A DNA stretch of 64,000 nucleotides. Origin: Eledone cirrhosa. Taxonomy: Eukaryota. The stretch is from contig OZ024740.1 in assembly GCA_964016885.1 (NCBI GenBank), positions 380,866,001 to 380,930,000 of the forward strand. Reading direction: 5' to 3'. This document shows positions 57,702 to 64,000 of this stretch, one piece after another. The notes beneath the pieces are model-generated. The model searched no databases. It was not told the origin of the DNA and worked only from the letters and a program-made list of their open reading frames with translations. A program made the position numbers and the translations under genes. Numbering within the stretch: position 1 is the first letter of the stretch; each line of letters begins with the position of its first letter.

Positions 57702-57852
57702 CTTAACTATATATATATATATTTATATATATATATATATATAGTTAGGAAACAAGTTCGTGCTTATTGAAATCCAGTTTCTAGGACGGTTTCCAACGTA
57801 CGGTTAGTGGTAACTCATATACATACACATATACATGCACACACACACACAC

Positions 57853-57918
<66 letters not shown>

Positions 57919-57970
57919 CTATGTATATGTGTATATATATATGTATATATATATATGTATATGTATATAC

Positions 57971-58036
<66 letters not shown>

Positions 58037-58201
58037 TTATGTGTGTGTGCGTATACAAGTATACAGATAGAAACAGTGCAATAGGCACACTCATGTACAA
58101 ACATGTTAACATACAAGAGTTGTTCATGAAAATGTCATTGAAGCTTTCTGATACGGCCATTAAGTGTTCGGGCGTATACATACATTTGAATGTTTGTATG
58201 T

Positions 58202-58374
<173 letters not shown>

Positions 58375-58622
58375 TTAATATATGTATATTCATATATATA
58401 TATATATACACACACACACTCATATATATTTATATATATATATATATATATTGATTTGTATATATGTGTGTCGGTTGTTGTGTATGCGTCTATGTCTACA
58501 TGTATGTGCATGACGTGTGCTAATGTTAAATTTAACTCACTCCTTTACTGAAATATGAAACTCCCCTCATCTAAATGTTATATCACTAAACGTGAGATGC
58601 AGAGTACACACACGCAGGCACA

Positions 58623-58656
<34 letters not shown>

Positions 58657-58903
58657 ATATATATATATATACACATACAAATATAAATTCATCGAGAATG
58701 GCATTTCGGCGGGTAGAAAAAGCGAAACTTAACGCAAATTCCGAGTCATGCTGGCAAGCGCTCCATGGGCTAAAAAGACCAGAGCAATAAACATACGTTA
58801 TAAAGACCATACAAACTGAGAAGGAGGTCAAGAAGCCATTAACCACCTAAGCGAAAAAACAAGTCAAGCTAAACAGGTCAGACAAAATATATGACATATT
58901 CAT

Positions 58904-58955
<52 letters not shown>

Positions 58956-59327
58956 AAAACAATCCTGGACCCTTGGAATTGATGGTAAAATCCAGTACAG
59001 GGTTTCTGTGACACCTAAATCAATAATACTGTCCGCTTAAATCAATAAGCTTTTGGTATAATGATCGAAGGAGGAATATCATCACGTTATCAGCAGGTAT
59101 TTTGTTCTGCGCCAGTATTGTGGATGACACAGTGTTTTGTAAAAGCACATGCGTAACTCACAGGGGAAAACCCCAGATTTTGGACAAATGAATTCAGTAT
59201 GTGTAAATCTATGCAAAAAATTGCATAAATATCACAAATCGAATAAGCTCTCGACCGGGTAGCTTTTAAAATAAACTTATGCAATTAATCTGTCAATAGA
59301 ATTATTAACAGGTACACACTGCCATTG

Positions 59328-59441
<114 letters not shown>

Positions 59442-59468
59442 ACACGCACACACATATATGCATATATA

Positions 59469-59530
<62 letters not shown>

Positions 59531-59765
59531 TATATGTGTGTGCGTGTGTCTGTGTGTGTGTGAGTGTGACAATGCCAGCTATAAGACTAGCCTCATTTAT
59601 TTCTTTACAGAATTGTCAGTCTTAGACAAATGCTGGATAGAAAAAAGTGTGACTAGTTTTATGAAATTTGTTATCTACATTACTACTTTGTTTAGATTGA
59701 GTTATTGAGTTTTGATTGATGTTTCGATTAAAAAAAACGAACCATACGTCTATTGAAGGTATGCA

Positions 59766-59796
<31 letters not shown>

Positions 59797-60939
59797 GGGG
59801 GAGAGAGTTTGTGTGTTATTATTGAAATGAGTAGTATGACCAGTAGTATGTGGCCATCTTAACGTTCTAATTTTCAATCTCCAGGGCCCATAGCAGGTTA
59901 TAACAATAATGAACGACAGTGTGAAAAAATTGTCAAAAATAGAAACGGAATGAAGGAAAATTTGAAATGGAAAAATGTGTCCCCCTACATTAGAAGAAGA
60001 AGAAGAAGCCTAATCAACTGTATTGTAGATTAAGATTATAACTGGTGGAAATCCTCCCCCATCTCACTTTAGGCCCGCGATGCATCTCCCCAAAGATATA
60101 ATGGCCCATTTATGTCATTGTGTTTGAAACCCCTACTGTAGATATTACTTTTATATGTAATCCCGGCGCTTAGGTTTAAACCATTTTGTTTAAGCTCGAC
60201 CGCCGGGCTTACTTGTATAGTGTGTGTCTATGTCTGTGTACTCATAAATACGTGTATGGCGGCTATCGGATATTTATTGATTATGACCACCTATTCGTTT
60301 AGGATTTAGTGTCCCCTTGTCTCGAGATCTCAGGATGACGAAGAAATACTCTGGCAAGAAAAAAAACTAGCTTTCCAAACAAATGTCATACCAACAAATC
60401 AAAGTTTATAGTGACAAATGCTAATGCAAGACGAATTCCAGCCGTATCATAGGTTTCAACCATCGTTCTCCAATATCCATATATCAGAGATGTTAATTGT
60501 CAGACCGAACCAAGGAAGAAACGTTTCATTGGTCTGTTCGTTACTATCATGATCTGCCAGTCTCGTAACTCCTGACAAAAGAAGCATCTTAGAATAGAGT
60601 ATTTTATATATGATCGTAAGTGTAACACCCTAACAACTAGGTCACGCGACTTCATTTATGGGCATATATATATACACACATATAAATACACTCATATATG
60701 CACATGTATACATTCTCACTATTGGATGGCCGCAGACTCTCCTGATTTCGTGTACTCCCTTTGACAGGTTTTGCATTTCATCCTGCTGTGTGAACTAAAA
60801 TTACCCTACTCACCAAGCAGGCTTGGTGGAGTTGCCAGTTTTGTTGCCGACGATTCGACAACGCAATATGTACTGGATTACATATTGTCAGTGGGGCACA
60901 CGAGCAAACTGTCACACACATATGTACATATATATGTAC

Positions 60940-61072
<133 letters not shown>

Positions 61073-62869
61073 CCCACAAACAGACAATCACATGCATACA
61101 TGTGTGTGTGTGTTTATATGTACTTTTATGTAAATAGGAAACTAGTGATGCGTGCGTTAGTGTACAACAGAGCAGAGAGTCGTGAATGTTTGTGTTGATG
61201 TACGTATATAGTTAAACTTATCTACACACGAATATATATGATTGCATCCCTTTATATGTTTGTATATGTGTATTCAATTGACGTTCAAATGATTTTAACA
61301 GATTAAATTTCATGGGTTGGTTTGTCGCTATTCTCTTATTAATGTCTATATTTGGAAAGGATATCATGGTTTATAAGAAATGTTTCAGTTTTCAGCAACC
61401 TCGCGGAAGATTTGCTGTAACCATTCAAAAGACATAAAAAATAGTCACATTTCCGTTTCATTTATTTCGTAGGCACCACATAATAAATAACTAAAATGAC
61501 TTTTTCACGTTATCATTACTTCAGTTACGATATACGGTTTCAAATCAAGTCACATGCCAAACAAGTACTACTTCGAAATTCTAGGGTTTTGTTTTCATTT
61601 TCAAGATTACCCCTAATTGATATTAAAAGGAAAGAGAACTGGAGCTGATGGAATCATTTTATATGTTGGTGAATAGGGAGTATGATTACATCGGATAGTT
61701 TATATAAATGTTTAAATATAACGGGAGTGGACTAAATGTGAGTTACCTACGAAGGGAAACAAAGAATAATGTAACGTAAGTACGCAGTATTGAGTTATTA
61801 CAGTAGCTGGTTAATATACTTTTTAGTACAAATTCCCTCAATTTAGCTTTTATTCCTCCTTGTTTGTTAGTTGTCGTTGTAGTTGTTTTGCTCCAGTTCA
61901 GTCTTGATTAGCAGACATGATAAATCCACTTAGAACTACATTATCCACTGCATCTTCCCTTTCCCCCAATTAGTCAGTGTGATATGAGCGAGATTTGGCT
62001 AATATTTCTTGCAGGTCGAAATAAATTGTCTTGTCCTGAGAAAACAACAAGTTTGACGTTTCGAGAAAGATGCATCTTCGTATTCGTAAATTGTGCATTG
62101 CGGTATGTTAGGTTACTGTTTTTATCATATAGAGTGGTTACCAGTCAAACAAAAAACGAATTATTTAAATAAACTGCTTCTTTATCGTTTCTTTTAACTG
62201 TAATTATCCTAGAGAGAGAAAGAGCATATGCGTGCTTGTGTGTGTGTGGAGGGGGGGGGAGAAAGCAAGTCATATATTCGTAATGGTGAGAATATGGGTG
62301 GTATTATATGCAAGCTAGAAAGTCAAGTCTTTCTTGGAAATGACCAAAAAAGAAGTAGTAATGTCCATTGCTTTCTAAATGTCCTTAAATACATAAAAGA
62401 ATACTTTCAGTGTTTCATTCATACACAGAAAGAAATGTCGACCGAGGACTTAATTCACCGATGGTTTGCCGCTACCCTATAATTTTTCGACAACATCTAT
62501 AACAAAGAAGTTTCAATTTCTGCCGTAGCTAATTTAAATAAAATGTTATATATTCTCCTCAAAGTGAAAAAAGAGAAACAAAGGTTTGTTTGTTTTGGTT
62601 TGTTTTTTCTACGAAATGAATGTGTATCTGATTGACGTGTTAGCTGTGTAACCTTTGACGGCCAACATATTGTTCGTAGAATCGGTTACAAGCTTCGATT
62701 TCTATTATACTATTAGAAACAAATATTGTATTTTAAAGAAGATTCGACTTCAGAGGATGATCTCATAACCTTTAGACAACATTGTTATACGACTACTTTA
62801 AAGAGAATAATGGTTTCCGTTGTTTATTAACAGCCCATGTCTTTGTAAGGAAATTGGATGAAAAAATTT

Positions 62870-63060
62870 CAAAGTTCTCATCTACCAGCACTTTCTTACT
62901 GCATTCAGGACAACTATCTCACCCACAGGCATCTGATGTCAACAGAGTTGGCGACTTCAACGCGCAAGACTTCTCCTGGCTCTATATCTTCTCCACTGCA
63001 TGATCATTACTGATGTTTTTTGTTCTGGACTGTGATCACAAATTAGTATCTACGCCAAGC
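62870..63060 (+). mobile_element. CR1-like APE endonuclease relic
   Basis: HPQASDVNRVGDFNAQDFSWL (GDFN motif). Confidence 0.4.
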
Positions 63061-63299
63061 ATTTCCTATTTTAAGTAATTGGGAGGCTCGTGCGTAAGCC
63101 TATTTTAAAAAAAAAACTGTTTTTTTTTTAAAGATTACATTGCATATGTAATATTTCCAGAGATACATTTCAGATCCCATGAATCGCCTCGAAGAAAAAA
63201 ATATCCTGTACTGATCAGTTGCTAACCCTTTAAAAAACTCATATAGAACGGAAAATGAAAATATTTGGAACAGTGCTACTGTTAAACACTGCCCCTCTG

Positions 63300-63560
63300 G
63301 AGGCGCGTGGTCTAGTGGTAAGGGTGTTGGACTTACGATCATAATGTCGTAGATTCTATTCCTGGACTGGGTTGCTTGTTGTGTTCCAGTATACTCAGCT
63401 GAAAATGAGTACTAGCAATAGATGGGGATTTAACCTTACGATGGACTGGCGTCCTGTGCAGGGAGAAGTCTTGTACTCTCAGTCGCATCACACCATGAAA
63501 TCGGGATGAGCACCGGCGTAAGGAGCCTTCTGGCTTAGACAGACTTTAGACTCTAGACCT
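63300..63560 (+). mobile_element. tRNA-derived SINE (family of 8560-8842)
   Basis: ggcgcgtggtctagtggtaaggg...gattctattcc...gaaaatgagtac... Confidence 0.7.
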
Positions 63561-64000
63561 GTTCCCGGAAGTCATTCAACGGACTGGCAAACACTGAATA
63601 AAAAATGCTGTGACAGACATGTTGTTTCTGCGATTTACCTTTTCTACCGCCATTACAATAGTCCCTGCTTCTTTAAATCGGCTCGTTTCCCCACCATTCT
63701 TCAACCCTATCATCTTTCACTTCCAGGTTCTGCACTGAATATTTAAAAAAATCTCCTTATTCTATGAGCTGTGACCATAGGTGATTTACTCTCACTGCCT
63801 ACGATTTAGTTAAACATCAGTTGCAACGATCTCACCAATCATGGAGAGCTATGTTTATGGTACGTTCCCATTAGCTTTAATTAATAAAAATATATTGATA
63901 AGCTGGTTTTATTTTGTCGACATGAATGACTGCCACGAAGAAGGCAATTTATGACGTGAGGTTTGAACAAAACGTAAAGTGAAGTAATAACATCTCTTGA

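Overview
Eukaryotic, AT-rich DNA saturated with (TA)n, (CA)n, (GA)n and (TACA)n microsatellites. The repeat style and SINEs suggest a cephalopod such as Octopus, but this is inference and was not checked. I found no intact host protein-coding gene, and almost all ORFs in the track are translated microsatellites. The window holds decayed transposons: RTE, R4/Dong-like, CRE-like, Vingi/Ingi-like and CR1-like non-LTR fragments, three Penelope-like (PLE) ORF fragments, Helitron pieces, hAT and mariner MITEs, and tRNA-derived SINEs. The main signal, invisible in the ORF track, is about 20 intact, degenerate or half type I hammerhead ribozyme (HHR) motifs from more than 10 unrelated families. They lie in short non-coding elements inserted into (TA)n tracts, usually with a fold-back inverted 5' segment. 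Two families show terminal redundancy or circular permutation that defines ~485-nt and ~423-nt monomers, as expected of retrozyme/circRNA-derived or non-autonomous PLE elements. One family has a covaried U3-A8 core, and several unrelated families share a GTATTGAGTACT-like motif shortly before their 3' ends. All folding and alignment was done by eye, so coordinates may be off by a few bases.
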